A stretch of 64,000 bases of DNA, taken from assembly GCA_035506875.1 (NCBI GenBank), contig DATJOR010000162.1, positions 3,956 to 67,955 on the forward strand, in the 5' to 3' direction. A program made the translations under genes and the position numbers. Source of the stretch: Mycobacterium sp. (GTDB lineage Bacteria > Actinomycetota > Actinomycetes > Mycobacteriales > Mycobacteriaceae). The notes beneath the pieces were generated by a model. That model did no database searches. It had not been told where the DNA came from and saw only the letters and a program-made list of their open reading frames with translations. This document shows positions 1 through 11,345 of the stretch, in pieces. Every line of letters begins with the position of its first letter. Positions within the stretch are counted from its first letter, which is position 1.

Positions 1-404
1 GTGCGGCGCTCGTCGGCAGGGGTGGGCTGGCGCTCCTCGATCGCCCAGCGGAGCGCGCCGATGGTCCGCCGGGTGATCCAGTACGTCCCCAGCGCCAGCG
101 CCACGGCAAGGTAAGCCGGGGTGACGCCGAAGGTGATCCACAGTGGTGCATCGCTGAAGACGCTGGGGGAAGGGAAGGCGATGGTCAGCAGCAGGCTCGC
201 GACGCCGATACCGATGAGATTGGTCGCGAGGATGAAGACGGTGGTGATGATCTGAATGCGAACCCGCCGACGGGCCTGACTTTCCGAGACCCGCCCGAGC
301 AGCCACGAGCCATACGCCGGGGTTTCCGGCAGCCGAGCGCTCTGTCGGGTGACTATCTCCAGAAGCCGGCCCAGCCGTTGCGCGACCGTTCGTGTGGCCA
401 TCAT
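1..404 (-). CDS. Membrane adenylate cyclase (Rv1318c-Rv1320c family), N-terminal part, runs off the window
   Basis: Manual translation from ATG 404 gives MMATRTVAQRLGRLLEIVTRQSARLPETPAYGSWLLGRVSESQARRRVRIQII. The ETPAYGSWLLGRVSES motif is typical of this family, and the gene lies next to nucS. Confidence 0.85.
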   Translation of the reverse strand, partial: MMATRTVAQRLGRLLEIVTRQSARLPETPAYGSWLLGRVSESQARRRVRIQIITTVFILATNLIGIGVASLLLTIAFPSPSVFSDAPLWITFGVTPAYLAVALALGTYWITRRTIGALRWAIEERQPTPADERR

Positions 405-453
405 CGTGGCGTCAGCCTAATTGCCTCGGCGGTTCGCGCTTAAGGTGAGTCGC

Positions 454-1125
454 GTGCGTCTCGTCATCGCCCAGTGCACGGTCGACTATCTCGGCCGACT
501 CACCGCCCACCTGCCGTCGGCCCGCCGACTACTGCTGGTCAAGGCCGATGGCTCGGTCAGCGTGCACGCCGACGACCGTGCGTACAAGCCGCTGAACTGG
601 ATGAGCCCACCATGCTGGCTGACCGAAGTGCTCGACGGCGAGCTGCCGGTCTGGGTGGTGCAGAACAAGGCCGGCGAACAACTGCGCATCACCATCGAGG
701 ACGTCGAGCACGACTCCAGCCATGAATTGGGAGTCGACCCGGGGCTGGTCAAGGACGGCGTCGAAGCACACCTGCAGGCATTACTCGCCGAGCATGTCGA
801 ACTGCTCGGCCCCGGCTATACCCTGGTGCGCCGCGAGTACATGACCGCGATCGGGCCGGTCGACCTGCTGTGCCGCGACGAGCAGGGCGGCTCGGTCGCG
901 GTGGAGATCAAGCGCCGCGGGGAGATCGACGGCGTTGAGCAGCTGACCCGCTACCTCGAGTTGCTCAATCGCGACAGCGTGCTCGCACCGGTGCGCGGGG
1001 TGTTCGCCGCGCAGCAGATCAAGCCGCAGGCCAAAACCTTGGCGGTCGATCGCGGAATCCGTTGTCTGACATTGGATTACGACAAGATGCGCGGCATGGA
1101 TTCTGACGAATTCCGGCTGTTCTGA
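454..1125 (+). CDS. nucS: Mismatch-repair endonuclease NucS/EndoMS
   Basis: [12 protein letters not shown]...DGVEAHLQ...[18 protein letters not shown]. Start is GTG 454 (7 nt after TAAGGT) or GTG 445. Confidence 0.95.
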   Translation: MRLVIAQCTVDYLGRLTAHLPSARRLLLVKADGSVSVHADDRAYKPLNWMSPPCWLTEVLDGELPVWVVQNKAGEQLRITIEDVEHDSSHELGVDPGLVKDGVEAHLQALLAEHVELLGPGYTLVRREYMTAIGPVDLLCRDEQGGSVAVEIKRRGEIDGVEQLTRYLELLNRDSVLAPVRGVFAAQQIKPQAKTLAVDRGIRCLTLDYDKMRGMDSDEFRLF

Positions 1126-1147
1126 GGTGTCTCACTAAACTGGTGCC

Positions 1148-1444
1148 ATGCCTCGGCGCCGCACTCCACCGCGCAGGCAGCCGCCGCTGCGGCCGCTGCC
1201 GACGCAACGCCGCGTGGAAACCGGGCCGGACGGCCACGATTACGAGGTGCGACCTGTCGCCGCCGCGCAAGCGCTCAAAACGTATCGCTGCCCCGGTTGC
1301 GATCACGAAATCCGTTCGGGTACAGCGCACGTGGTGGTGTGGTTAGCAGATTCCGGTGAGGTTGCCCTCGATGACCGGCGGCACTGGCACACGCCCTGCT
1401 GGCTAAATCGTGCTACGCGCGCGCCGACCCGAAAATGGTCGTGA
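1148..1444 (+). CDS. Conserved actinobacterial protein (Rv1322-like) with probable Zn-binding motif
   Basis: KTYRCPGCDHEI...RRHWHTPCW; synteny with Rv1322. Confidence 0.85.
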   Translation: MPRRRTPPRRQPPLRPLPTQRRVETGPDGHDYEVRPVAAAQALKTYRCPGCDHEIRSGTAHVVVWLADSGEVALDDRRHWHTPCWLNRATRAPTRKWS

Positions 1445-1450
1445 CGAAAA

Positions 1451-1933
1451 CTAGTGCGCTTTCTGCGCGTCGTCGGCGGGCTCAACCAACTCGATCAGAA
1501 CGCCACCGGCGTCCTTGGGGTGGATGAAGTTGATCCGCGAGTTCGCTGTGCCGCGCCGGGGCGCCTCGTAGAGCAGCCGGACTCCCTGCTCACGCAGGCG
1601 GTCGGTGAGGCTCTCGAGGTCGCTGACCCGGTAAGCCAACTGCTGGATGCCGGGCCCGCGCTTGTCGATGAATTTCGCGATTGTCGACGACTCGTCGAGC
1701 GGGGCCATCAGCTGAACCTGAGCGCTGCCGACCGGAGCGCCGCGCACCGACAGCATCGCCTCGCGAATGCCCTGGTCTTCGTTGATTTCCTCGTGCAACA
1801 CGATCATGCCGAGGTGGTCGTGGTACCACGCGATTGCGTCGTCGAGGTCAGGGACCGCAATACCGACATGGTCGACCGCCGTCACCAACGCGGTGGCGAG
1901 TACTTGACGGACGTCAACTTGATCGGTGGTCAT
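1451..1933 (-). CDS. mce: Methylmalonyl-CoA epimerase (VOC family)
   Basis: C-terminal part of ORF 1451..3178, starting at MTTDQ; DHVGIAV and FIHPKDAGGVLIELVE motifs. Confidence 0.93.
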   Translation of the reverse strand: MTTDQVDVRQVLATALVTAVDHVGIAVPDLDDAIAWYHDHLGMIVLHEEINEDQGIREAMLSVRGAPVGSAQVQLMAPLDESSTIAKFIDKRGPGIQQLAYRVSDLESLTDRLREQGVRLLYEAPRRGTANSRINFIHPKDAGGVLIELVEPADDAQKAH

Positions 1934-2014
1934 CACGTAACGGTAACCTGACGGGAACGATTCTGCTTCTGCGATGCGCAGAATCGGCCGCTGACCCCGC
2001 CCCTGGAGGTAGTT

Positions 2015-3208
2015 ATGACGACGTCGGTGATCGTTGCTGGAGCCCGTACCCCGGTCGGCAAATTGATGGGTTCGCTGAAGGACTTCTCCGGCAGTGATCT
2101 GGGCGCCGTCGCGATCGCCGGCGCGCTGGAGAAGGCTTTTCCAAATGCCGAAGTGCCGGGTCGACTGGTCGAGTACGTGATCATGGGCCAGGTACTGACC
2201 GCCGGGGCCGGTCAGTTGCCCGCCCGGCAAGCGGCGGTTGCGGCCGGTATCGGTTGGGACGTCCCGGCGATGACCATCAACAAGATGTGTCTGTCCGGCA
2301 TCGACGCCATCGCACTGGCTGACCAGCTCATTCGGGCCGGTGAGTTCGACGTGGTGGTGGCCGGCGGCCAGGAGTCGATGACCAAAGCGCCGCACCTGCT
2401 GATGGATAGCCGGTCGGGCTACAAGTACGGCGACGTGACGGTTCTGGACCACATGGCCTACGACGGCCTGCACGATGTCTTCACCGACCAGCCGATGGGC
2501 GCGCTGACCGAGCAGCGCAACGAAGTCGACAAGTTCACCCGCCTCGAGCAGGACGAATTCGCTGCGCGGTCGCACCAGAAGGCTGCTGCGGCGTGGAAGG
2601 ACGGCATCTTCGCCGACGAAGTCGTGCCGGTGAGCATTCCGCAGCGCAAGGGCGATCCCCTGCAGTTCAACGAGGATGAGGGCATTCGCGCCAACACCAC
2701 CGCCGAATCGCTGGGCGGACTCAAGCCGGCGTTCCGTCGCGACGGCACGATCACCGCCGGGTCGGCTTCGCAGATTTCCGACGGCGCCGCCGCGGTGGTC
2801 GTGATGAACAAAGACAAGGCCACCGAGTTGGGCCTGTCCTGGCTGGTCGAGATCGGTGCACACGGCGTGGTTGCCGGCCCGGATTCGACGCTGCAGTCGC
2901 AGCCGGCCAACGCGATCAAAAAAGCGCTTAGCCGGGAAGGCATCTCCGTCGACCAACTGGACGTCGTGGAGATCAACGAGGCATTCTCCGCGGTGGCACT
3001 GGCCTCGACGCGGGAACTGGGCGTCGACCCCGACATCGTCAACGTCAACGGCGGTGCGATCGCCATCGGGCATCCAATCGGCATGTCGGGCGCGCGGATC
3101 GCGCTGCACGCGGCTCTCGAGCTGTCCCGCCGGGGTTCGGGATACGGCGTCGCGGCGCTGTGCGGAGCGGGCGGCCAAGGCGACGCGCTGATTCTGCGGG
3201 CTGGCTAG
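2015..3208 (+). CDS. Acetyl-CoA acetyltransferase (thiolase, FadA4-like)
   Basis: [21 protein letters not shown] and LCGAGGQG thiolase motifs. Confidence 0.95.
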   Translation: MTTSVIVAGARTPVGKLMGSLKDFSGSDLGAVAIAGALEKAFPNAEVPGRLVEYVIMGQVLTAGAGQLPARQAAVAAGIGWDVPAMTINKMCLSGIDAIALADQLIRAGEFDVVVAGGQESMTKAPHLLMDSRSGYKYGDVTVLDHMAYDGLHDVFTDQPMGALTEQRNEVDKFTRLEQDEFAARSHQKAAAAWKDGIFADEVVPVSIPQRKGDPLQFNEDEGIRANTTAESLGGLKPAFRRDGTITAGSASQISDGAAAVVVMNKDKATELGLSWLVEIGAHGVVAGPDSTLQSQPANAIKKALSREGISVDQLDVVEINEAFSAVALASTRELGVDPDIVNVNGGAIAIGHPIGMSGARIALHAALELSRRGSGYGVAALCGAGGQGDALILRAG

Positions 3209-3390
3209 TTACTGGCTGGTAGGGGGGCGTGCGCCGGGCCCATTTGCTGCGGGCGTGAATGGTTGCTGGCAGCGTGTGCGCACGCAAAATTGACGGTTCG
3301 TGTGATTTTGGTCATACGGCTGCCCGAAGCGGGCCGGGGCGCCCTAACCGGGTGAATAGTCCCACACCGCGACGTGCCAAACTTAACGAC

Positions 3391-4290
3391 GTGACCCGTC
3401 CTCGACCTCCGATTGGTCCTGCGATGGCCGGCGCGGTCGACTTGTCCGGTCTCAAGCAAAGCGCGCCGTCCAGCGGCGATACCGCCGCGGGGGAGTCGGC
3501 GCCCATCGGCATCGAGATCAACGAAGCCAACTTCGAAGAACAGGTGCTGCTGCGGTCCAACGAGGTGCCGGTAGTGGTGCTGCTGTGGTCGCCGCGCAGC
3601 GATGTCTGCCTGCAACTAGCCGACATACTTTCCGGCCTGGCCGCCGCCGACAACGGCAAGTGGTCGCTGGCAAGCGTCAACGTCGACGTGGTTCCCCGAG
3701 TGGCCCAGATCTTCGGTGTCGAAGTGGTCCCCACCGTCGTGGCTTTGGCTGGGGGGCAGCCACTTTCGAGCTTTCAGGGCATGCAGCCGCCCGAACAGTT
3801 GCGCCGCTGGGTGGACTCACTACTGTCGGCGACTGCGGGAAAGCTCAGCGGTGCAACGGATTCCGACGAACCTGAGGCAGTCGCCCCAGCGCTCGCGCAG
3901 GCGCGCCAGCAGCTGCAGGACGGCGACTTCGCCGCCGCCTCCGACTCGTATCAGGCCATCCTGGACGACGATCCGAACCACGCCGAAGCCAAGGGCGCGA
4001 TACGCCAACTCGCCTTCTTGATGCGCGCTACCGCACAGGGGCCAGAGGCTGTGGCCGCCGCCGATGCGGATCCTTCGGACATCGAAGCCGCGTTCGCCGC
4101 TGCCGACGTGCAGATCCTCAACCAGGACGTGCAGGGCGCCTTCGACCGGCTGGTCGCGTTGGTGCGGCGGACGTCCGGTGACGAGCGGACCTCGGTGCGC
4201 ACGCGGCTGATCGAGTTGTTCGAGCTCTTCGACCCCGCCGACCCCGACGTCATCACCGGGCGGCGCAACCTCGCCAACGCGCTGTACTAG
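3391..4290 (+). CDS. Thioredoxin-like/TPR co-chaperone (Rv1324/YbbN-CnoX type)
   Basis: [19 protein letters not shown]-terminal [10 protein letters not shown]. Confidence 0.9.
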   Translation: MTRPRPPIGPAMAGAVDLSGLKQSAPSSGDTAAGESAPIGIEINEANFEEQVLLRSNEVPVVVLLWSPRSDVCLQLADILSGLAAADNGKWSLASVNVDVVPRVAQIFGVEVVPTVVALAGGQPLSSFQGMQPPEQLRRWVDSLLSATAGKLSGATDSDEPEAVAPALAQARQQLQDGDFAAASDSYQAILDDDPNHAEAKGAIRQLAFLMRATAQGPEAVAAADADPSDIEAAFAAADVQILNQDVQGAFDRLVALVRRTSGDERTSVRTRLIELFELFDPADPDVITGRRNLANALY

Positions 4291-6488
4291 TTGCCTTCAG
4301 GCTCCAGCCACAGCGCCGACGTCGGCGGCAACACCAACACCGCGGATGCCGGACGACCGTGCCACGGCTCATCGTTGGCGTCCACGCCGCCAAGGTTGCC
4401 GATCCCGGTGCCGTTGTAGATGGTCGCGTCGGTGTTGAGCACTTCGCGCCACCGCCCCGCGCTGGGCAGGCCCAGACGATAGCCGCTGTGCTCGGCGCCC
4501 GAGAAATTGAACACGCAGGCCATCACCGAGCCGTCGCTGCCGTACCGCAGGAAGCTCAGCACATTGTTGGCGGAGTCGTTGGCATCGATCCAGGAATACC
4601 CGTCCGGCGTGGTGTCCCGACTCCACAGCGCCGGGCAGCCGCGATAGATCTTGTTGATGTCGTTGACCAGCCGCGAGATCCCGTTGGAGAAGCTGTTCTC
4701 GTCGAGCTGGAACCAGTCCAGGCCACGTTCCTCGGACCATTCGGCGCGCTGCCCGAATTCCTGACCCATGAACAACAGTTGCTTGCCCGGGTGCGCCCAC
4801 TGGTAGGCCAGCAGGCTGCGCAAACCCGCCGCCTTGACATGGTCGTCGCCCGGCATCCGCGACCACAGCGTGCCCTTGCCGTGCACCACCTCGTCGTGAC
4901 TGATCGGGAGCACGAAATTCTCACTGAATGCGTAGAGCATCGAGAAGGTGATCTCGTGGTGGTGATAGCTACGGTGCACCGGATCATGGCCGATGTAGTC
5001 CAGGGTGTCGTGCATCCAGCCCATGTTCCACTTCATCGAAAAGCCAAGGCCGCCAACGCTGGTCGGCCTCGACACGCCCGGCCACGACGTCGACTCCTCG
5101 GCAATGGTGACGATTCCCGGCGCCGCCTTGTGCGCGGTGGCATTCATCTCCTGAAGGAACTGCACGGCTTCCAGGTTCTCCCGCCCGCCGTACGCATTCG
5201 GTGTCCAGCCGCCGGCGGGCCGCGAATAGTCGAGGTACAGCATCGAAGCGACGGCGTCGACGCGCAGGCCGTCGACGTGGAACTCCTGCAGCCAGTACAG
5301 CGCATTGGCCACCAGGAAGTTGCGCACCTCCGCACGGCCGAAGTCGAACACGTAAGTACCCCAGTCGAGTTGCTCGCCGCGACGGGGATCGGAGTGCTCG
5401 TAGAGCGGTGTGCCGTCGAAACGGCCCAGCGCCCAGGCGTCCTTTGGGAAGTGGGCCGGGACCCAGTCCACGATGACGCCGATTCCGGCCTGGTGTAGCG
5501 CGTCGACGAGCGCCCGGAATTCGTCCGGGGTGCCGAAGCGGGAGGTCGGCGCATAGTAGGACGTAACCTGGTATCCCCAGGATCCGCCGAACGGGTGCTC
5601 GGCGACAGGTAGGAGTTCGATATGGGTAAACCCTTGGGCCACAACGTATTCTGTTAGCTCGCGGGCAAGGTCGAGGTAGGACAGCCCAGGCCGCCACGAG
5701 CCCAGGTGGACTTCGTAGGTGCTCATCGGCTCGAACACCGGATTGCGCTGAGCGCGCGCTGTCATCCAGTCGCCATCGGACCAGCGGTAATCACTCACGT
5801 TCACCCGCGACGCCGTGTGCGGTGGCACCTCGGTGGCGAACGCGAAGGGGTCAGCCCGGTCCGTGACGGAGCCGTCGGCGCCGTGCACCCGAAACTTGTA
5901 CAGGCCATCGGTGGGGAACTCCGGCCAGAACAGCTCCCACACGCCCGACGAGCCCAGTACTCGTAGCGGCGCATCGTTGCCGTTCCAACCGTTGAACTCC
6001 GCGATCAGGCTGACGCCCTTGGCGTTGGGGGCCCACACGGCGAACGACACACCCTCGACCACACCGTCGGCGGTTTTGAACGAGCGCGGGTGGGCGCCCA
6101 GCACCTCCCAGAGGCGTTCGTGGCGTCCCTCGCCGAACAGGTGCAGATCGACTTCGCCCAGCGTCGGCAGGAAGCGGTAGGCGTCGGCAGCCGTGTGCGG
6201 GTCGGAGCCGTGGTAACTGACTTCCAGGCGATAGTCGATCAGGTTGATGAACGGCAGTGCCACCGCAAACAGCCCAGAGTCGATGTGCTGCAGCGGAAAC
6301 CGATCGTCGCCGACCAGTGCGACCACGTCAGTGGCGTGCGGCCGGAGGGCCCGGATGACGGTGTGGTCGCCGTACTCGTGCGCGCCCAACACGCTGTGCG
6401 GGTCGTGGTGCTCCCCGGCCAGCAGGCGAGCCAGGTCGCGGGGTTCGGGCGCCAGGTGGGTCCTGGCGAGTTGGTCGGTGGGCTTCAT
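4287..6488 (-). CDS. glgB: 1,4-alpha-glucan branching enzyme
   Basis: GH13 motifs [36 protein letters not shown]. Confidence 0.97.
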   Translation of the reverse strand: MKPTDQLARTHLAPEPRDLARLLAGEHHDPHSVLGAHEYGDHTVIRALRPHATDVVALVGDDRFPLQHIDSGLFAVALPFINLIDYRLEVSYHGSDPHTAADAYRFLPTLGEVDLHLFGEGRHERLWEVLGAHPRSFKTADGVVEGVSFAVWAPNAKGVSLIAEFNGWNGNDAPLRVLGSSGVWELFWPEFPTDGLYKFRVHGADGSVTDRADPFAFATEVPPHTASRVNVSDYRWSDGDWMTARAQRNPVFEPMSTYEVHLGSWRPGLSYLDLARELTEYVVAQGFTHIELLPVAEHPFGGSWGYQVTSYYAPTSRFGTPDEFRALVDALHQAGIGVIVDWVPAHFPKDAWALGRFDGTPLYEHSDPRRGEQLDWGTYVFDFGRAEVRNFLVANALYWLQEFHVDGLRVDAVASMLYLDYSRPAGGWTPNAYGGRENLEAVQFLQEMNATAHKAAPGIVTIAEESTSWPGVSRPTSVGGLGFSMKWNMGWMHDTLDYIGHDPVHRSYHHHEITFSMLYAFSENFVLPISHDEVVHGKGTLWSRMPGDDHVKAAGLRSLLAYQWAHPGKQLLFMGQEFGQRAEWSEERGLDWFQLDENSFSNGISRLVNDINKIYRGCPALWSRDTTPDGYSWIDANDSANNVLSFLRYGSDGSVMACVFNFSGAEHSGYRLGLPSAGRWREVLNTDATIYNGTGIGNLGGVDANDEPWHGRPASAVLVLPPTSALWLEPEGN

Positions 6489-6495
6489 CGCGGCG

Positions 6496-8598
6496 TCACC
6501 TCCGGCGCAGCAGCGTCATTCGTGATTCGGACGGTATGAGCGGCATGTTGAGGATGTGGGCCGGCGCGCGACCAGGGTCGATACGCACGTAGTTGGCTTG
6601 TCCCCATTGGTATTCCTCGCCGGTGATCTCGTCCCGCACCCAGAACCGCTCGTAGGGCTCCATACCCAATGCGGCCATGTCCAACCACAACGTCGCCTCT
6701 TCCGGCCCGAACGCGTTGAGCGTCACGACGACCAGCACGCAGTCGCCGGTGATCGGGTCGAACTTGCTGTAGGCCAGCAGAGCATCGTTGTCGAGAGAGT
6801 GAAACTTGATGGTCCGCAGTTGCTGCAGAGCTGGGTGGAGCCGGCGAATGTTGTTCAGCTGTGCGATAAATGGCTCCAGCGATCGTCCTGCCTTCAGCGC
6901 GCCCTCGAAGTCGCGCGGCCGGAGCTCGTACTTCTCGGAGTCGAGATACTCCTCGCTGCCCTCCCATACGGCCTCGTGCTCGAAGAGCTCGTAGCCCGAG
7001 TACACGCCCCAGGCCGGGCTCATCGTCGCCGCCAGCACCGCGCGTATCGCGAACATGCCCGGGCCGTTGTGCTGCAGGACGGCATGCAGGATGTCTGGGG
7101 TGTTGACGAACAGATTGGGACGACGGAAGTCGGCGACGTACGGGATCTCCTCGCCGAATTGGGTGAGCTCCCACTTGGACGTGCGCCAGGTGAAGTAGGT
7201 GTAGGACTGGGTGAAGCCCAGCTTGGCGAGCCCGAATTGACGGGCCGGCGGGGTGAACGCCTCGGACAAAAATAGCACGTCGGGATCAATTGATTTCACC
7301 TGGCCGATCAGCCAGGCCCAGAAGTCAGGCGGCTTGGTGTGCGGGTTGTCGACCCGAAACACCTTGACCCCGTGGTCGATCCAGTGCAGCACGACGCGCA
7401 GCACCTCGTCGTAGAGTCCGGCGGGATCGTTGTCGAAGTTGATCGGGTAGATGTCCTGGTATTTCTTCGGCGGGTTCTCCGCATAGGCGATGGTGCCGTC
7501 GGGCAGCTCGGTGAACCATTCCCGATGTTGTTTGGCCCACGGGTGATCGGGCGCGCATTGCAGCGCCAGGTCCAGGGCGACCTCCATGCCCAAGTCGTGC
7601 GCCGCCGCGACGAATTTGTCGAAGTCGTCGATCGTGCCCAGCTGCGGATGCACCGCGTCGTGGCCGCCTTCGTCGCTCCCGATCGCCCACGGCGAACCGA
7701 CGTCACCGGGGGCCGCGGTCGCGGTGTTGTTGCGGCCCTTGCGGTGCACCTTGCCGATCGGGTGGATCGGCGGCAGGTAGACCACGTCGAAGCCCATCTT
7801 GGCGATACGGGGCAACGCCGCTGCGGCGGTGGCGAAGGTGCCGTGCACCGGGTTGCCGTTGGCGTCCCAGCCACCGGTCGAGCGCGGGAACATCTCGTAC
7901 CACGAGCCGAAGCTGGCCAGCGGCCGGTCCACCCACACCCCGTACTGCTCGCCACGGGTGATCAGCTCACGCAGCGGGTACTGCGACAAAAGCTCGTCGA
8001 TCTCGGGACTTAGCGCCAGCGCAGCCCGCGAGACCGGATCGCCCGGTGCCCGCAGGGCCTCGGCCGCGGCACGCAGCGGATCGCGCTGATTACGGGGAAC
8101 ACCGGTGGCGGCGCGTTCGAGTAGCTGTGCACCCAGCAGCAGGTCGTTGGACAGTTCGGTCTCGCCCTGGCCGGCCTCCAGCTTGGCCTCCAAACCGTGC
8201 CGCCAGGTGTGGATGGGGTCACCCCAGCCGTCCACCCGAAACGTCCACAACCCGACGCTGTCGGGAGTGAACTGACCGTGGAAAACGTACGGCTCCACGC
8301 CCATCTGCATTGCCAGGAGTAGCGGCTTGACCCGGGGGAGCGGATCGACGGGGCTTTCGGCGACTGACGGAGCCTTTAAAGGGGCCTGCACCGCCTTGAG
8401 CCGTCGGGCTTCGCCGGCGAGCGGGTAGCGCGGCCCGAGGTAACGCACCACCAGCGTCGCGGCGACGGCGTCATGGCCTTCCCGCCACACCGCGGCGCGG
8501 ACCGGAACCACCTCGCCGACCACAGCTTTTGCCGGATACGCACCGCACGATATGACGGGCGCGACGTCATCGATCTCGACACGACCGGGCACCGCCAC
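6496..8598 (-). CDS. glgE: Maltosyltransferase GlgE
   Basis: [38 protein letters not shown]. Confidence 0.97.
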   Translation of the reverse strand: MAVPGRVEIDDVAPVISCGAYPAKAVVGEVVPVRAAVWREGHDAVAATLVVRYLGPRYPLAGEARRLKAVQAPLKAPSVAESPVDPLPRVKPLLLAMQMGVEPYVFHGQFTPDSVGLWTFRVDGWGDPIHTWRHGLEAKLEAGQGETELSNDLLLGAQLLERAATGVPRNQRDPLRAAAEALRAPGDPVSRAALALSPEIDELLSQYPLRELITRGEQYGVWVDRPLASFGSWYEMFPRSTGGWDANGNPVHGTFATAAAALPRIAKMGFDVVYLPPIHPIGKVHRKGRNNTATAAPGDVGSPWAIGSDEGGHDAVHPQLGTIDDFDKFVAAAHDLGMEVALDLALQCAPDHPWAKQHREWFTELPDGTIAYAENPPKKYQDIYPINFDNDPAGLYDEVLRVVLHWIDHGVKVFRVDNPHTKPPDFWAWLIGQVKSIDPDVLFLSEAFTPPARQFGLAKLGFTQSYTYFTWRTSKWELTQFGEEIPYVADFRRPNLFVNTPDILHAVLQHNGPGMFAIRAVLAATMSPAWGVYSGYELFEHEAVWEGSEEYLDSEKYELRPRDFEGALKAGRSLEPFIAQLNNIRRLHPALQQLRTIKFHSLDNDALLAYSKFDPITGDCVLVVVTLNAFGPEEATLWLDMAALGMEPYERFWVRDEITGEEYQWGQANYVRIDPGRAPAHILNMPLIPSESRMTLLRRR

Positions 8599-8741
8599 TT
8601 CCTTCCGGTTTGCGAGTTGCTCCTCAGGCGTAGGACTCTTTGCGCCCCATACCCACCGTAGTGTCGGACCACACGCGGAGGCAGGATGCGCTCTCGGTTA
8701 GGCGAGCGAACCCCGGTCTGATGTCAGTAAGGTAGTGATGC

Positions 8742-11345
8742 GTGAAAGCCCTCCGTAGGTTCACGGTCCGTGCTCACCTTCCGGAACGCCTGGGGGCGCT
8801 CGAACAGCTGTCGATCAACTTGCGCTGGTCGTGGGACAAGCCGACGCAGGACCTCTTCGGCGCGATAGACCCGGCGCTGTGGGCGCAATGCGGTCAAGAT
8901 CCCGTTGCGCTGTTGGGCGCGGTGAGCCCGGCCCGGCTCGACGAGCTGGCGGTCGACGGCGGCTTCCTGGACTGGCTCGATCACCTGGCGGCCGATCTGA
9001 CCGACTATCTGAGCCGCCCGCTGTGGTATCAGCAGCAACAAGACAACGGCGAGGCGATGCCCAACGGCATCGCGTACTTCTCGATGGAGTTCGGGGTCGC
9101 GAAGGTGTTGCCGAACTACTCGGGTGGCCTGGGAATCCTGGCCGGCGACCATTTGAAGTCCGCGTCGGATCTCGGACTCCCGCTGGTCGCGGTGGGCCTG
9201 TATTACCGTTCCGGCTACTTCCGGCAGTCGCTGACGGCCGATGGCTGGCAGCACGAAACCTATCCGGCGCTCGACCCGCAGGGGCTGCCGCTGCGACTGC
9301 TCACCGACAGTACCGGCGCTCCTGCACTGGTTGAGCTGGCGCTGCCGGATGCGGCCCGGCTGCACGCGCAGGTCTGGGTGGCCCAGGTCGGTCGCGTTCC
9401 GCTGCTGCTGCTGGACTCCGACATTTCGGAGAACGAGCACGAACTGCGTGGGGTCACCGACCGCCTCTACGGCGGCGATCAAGAGCATCGGATGCAGCAA
9501 GAGATCCTGGCCGGCATCGGCGGTGTCCGAGCCATCCGCGCCTTCACGGCGATCGAGGGTTTGCCGGCGCCCGAGGTGTTCCACATGAACGAAGGTCACG
9601 CCGGATTTCTCGGCGCCGAACGCATCCGCGAACTCGTCGATGCCGGGCTGGATTTCGACACCGCACTGACCGTGGTCCGCTCCAGTACGGTGTTCACCAC
9701 CCACACGCCGGTCCCGGCCGGCATCGACCGGTTTCCGATGGAGATGGTGGAGCAATACTTCGCGGATGCTGATGGCCGGGCGCTGCTGCCCGGCGTGCCG
9801 CTGGCCCGGATCCAGGCGCTGGGCGCCGAGGACGACCCGGAGAAATTCAACATGGCCCACATGGGCCTGCGGCTGGCCCAGCGCGCCAACGGCGTTTCGC
9901 TGCTGCACGGCCGAGTGAGTCGCGCGATGTTCAACGAGCTGTGGCCGGACTTCGATCCCGAGGAAGTGCCGATCGGCTCGATCACCAACGGTGTCCATGC
10001 GCGCACGTGGGCGGCGTCGCAATGGTTGGAGCTGGGTCGTGAACTGGCGGGACCGGACGACGCGGCGTTCAGCGACCCCGGCGTCTGGCTACGACTGAAC
10101 CAGGTCGACGCCGGGCGCCTGTGGTGGATCCGCTCGCAGCTGCGCACGCTGCTGGTCGAGGACGTCCGGGCGCGGCTGCGTCGCTCGTGGCTCGAACGTG
10201 GCGCACCCGAAGCCGAATTAGGTTGGATCGAAACGGCATTCGATCCCGACGTGCTGACCATCGGGTTCGCCCGACGGGTCCCGACCTACAAGCGGCTGAC
10301 GCTGATGCTGCGCGATCCCGACCGGCTGGAACAGCTGCTGCTCGACGAAAACCGGCCGATCCAGCTGATCGTTGCCGGCAAGTCGCACCCCGCTGATGAC
10401 GGCGGCAAGGCGCTCATCCAGCAGGTCGTGCAGTTCGCCGACCGGCCCGAGGTGCGCCACCGCATCGCGTTCCTGCCCGACTACGACATGTCGATGGCAC
10501 GGCTGCTGTATTGGGGCTGCGATGTCTGGTTGAACAACCCGCTGCGTCCGCTGGAGGCGTGCGGCACGTCGGGGATGAAGAGCGCGCTCAACGGCGGGCT
10601 GAACCTGTCCATCCGCGACGGGTGGTGGGACGAGTGGTACGACGGCGAGAACGGCTGGGCGATACCGTCGGCCTCCGGGGTGGCCGACGAGGGCCGTCGC
10701 GACGACCTGGAAGCGGCGGCGCTTTACGACCTGCTGCAGAAGTCGGTGGCGCCGACATTTTACGAGCGCGACGAGCAAGGCGTACCCCGCCGGTGGATCG
10801 AGATGGTCCGCCACACCATTCAGACGCTCGGCCCGAAAGTCCTGGCCTCCAGGATGGTTCGCGATTACACCGAGCGCTACTACGTGCCGGCGGCAGAGTC
10901 GCTGCGCCGCACCGTGACGTTCGACGACGACGGGCGGGCGGCGTTCGACCCGGCCCGCGACCTGGCCGACTACCGCCGGCGTGTGTTCGAGGCGTGGCCA
11001 CACATCGAGGTCACCGACGTCGACAGCACCGGGCTGCCCGACATCCCCGTCCTCGGATCGAAGCTGACGCTGACCGCGACCGTCCAGCTGGCCGGCCTGC
11101 GGCCCGACGAGGTCACCGTGCAGGCGGTGGTCGGCAGGGTGGACACCAGCGACGCGCTGGTGGACCCGATCACCGTCGAGATGCCATACACCGGCACCGC
11201 GTCCGGCGGTGACCACGTTTTCTCGACGACGACGACTTTGCCGGTCGCAGGCGCGGTCGGTTACACCGTGCGGGTGCTGCCGAATCATCCAATGCTGGCT
11301 TCCCCGGCCGAACTCGGCCTGGTCGCCCTGGCTTCACCCCGCTGA
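8742..11345 (+). CDS. glgP: Alpha-glucan phosphorylase
   Basis: YFSMEFG, YSGGLGILAGD, EACGTSGMK (PLP lysine). Confidence 0.97.
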   Translation: MKALRRFTVRAHLPERLGALEQLSINLRWSWDKPTQDLFGAIDPALWAQCGQDPVALLGAVSPARLDELAVDGGFLDWLDHLAADLTDYLSRPLWYQQQQDNGEAMPNGIAYFSMEFGVAKVLPNYSGGLGILAGDHLKSASDLGLPLVAVGLYYRSGYFRQSLTADGWQHETYPALDPQGLPLRLLTDSTGAPALVELALPDAARLHAQVWVAQVGRVPLLLLDSDISENEHELRGVTDRLYGGDQEHRMQQEILAGIGGVRAIRAFTAIEGLPAPEVFHMNEGHAGFLGAERIRELVDAGLDFDTALTVVRSSTVFTTHTPVPAGIDRFPMEMVEQYFADADGRALLPGVPLARIQALGAEDDPEKFNMAHMGLRLAQRANGVSLLHGRVSRAMFNELWPDFDPEEVPIGSITNGVHARTWAASQWLELGRELAGPDDAAFSDPGVWLRLNQVDAGRLWWIRSQLRTLLVEDVRARLRRSWLERGAPEAELGWIETAFDPDVLTIGFARRVPTYKRLTLMLRDPDRLEQLLLDENRPIQLIVAGKSHPADDGGKALIQQVVQFADRPEVRHRIAFLPDYDMSMARLLYWGCDVWLNNPLRPLEACGTSGMKSALNGGLNLSIRDGWWDEWYDGENGWAIPSASGVADEGRRDDLEAAALYDLLQKSVAPTFYERDEQGVPRRWIEMVRHTIQTLGPKVLASRMVRDYTERYYVPAAESLRRTVTFDDDGRAAFDPARDLADYRRRVFEAWPHIEVTDVDSTGLPDIPVLGSKLTLTATVQLAGLRPDEVTVQAVVGRVDTSDALVDPITVEMPYTGTASGGDHVFSTTTTLPVAGAVGYTVRVLPNHPMLASPAELGLVALASPR

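Noticed and set aside
1451-3178. 575-aa minus-strand ORF as a fusion protein
   Set aside because: Only the last 160 aa are Mce; the rest is the antisense shadow of the thiolase gene.
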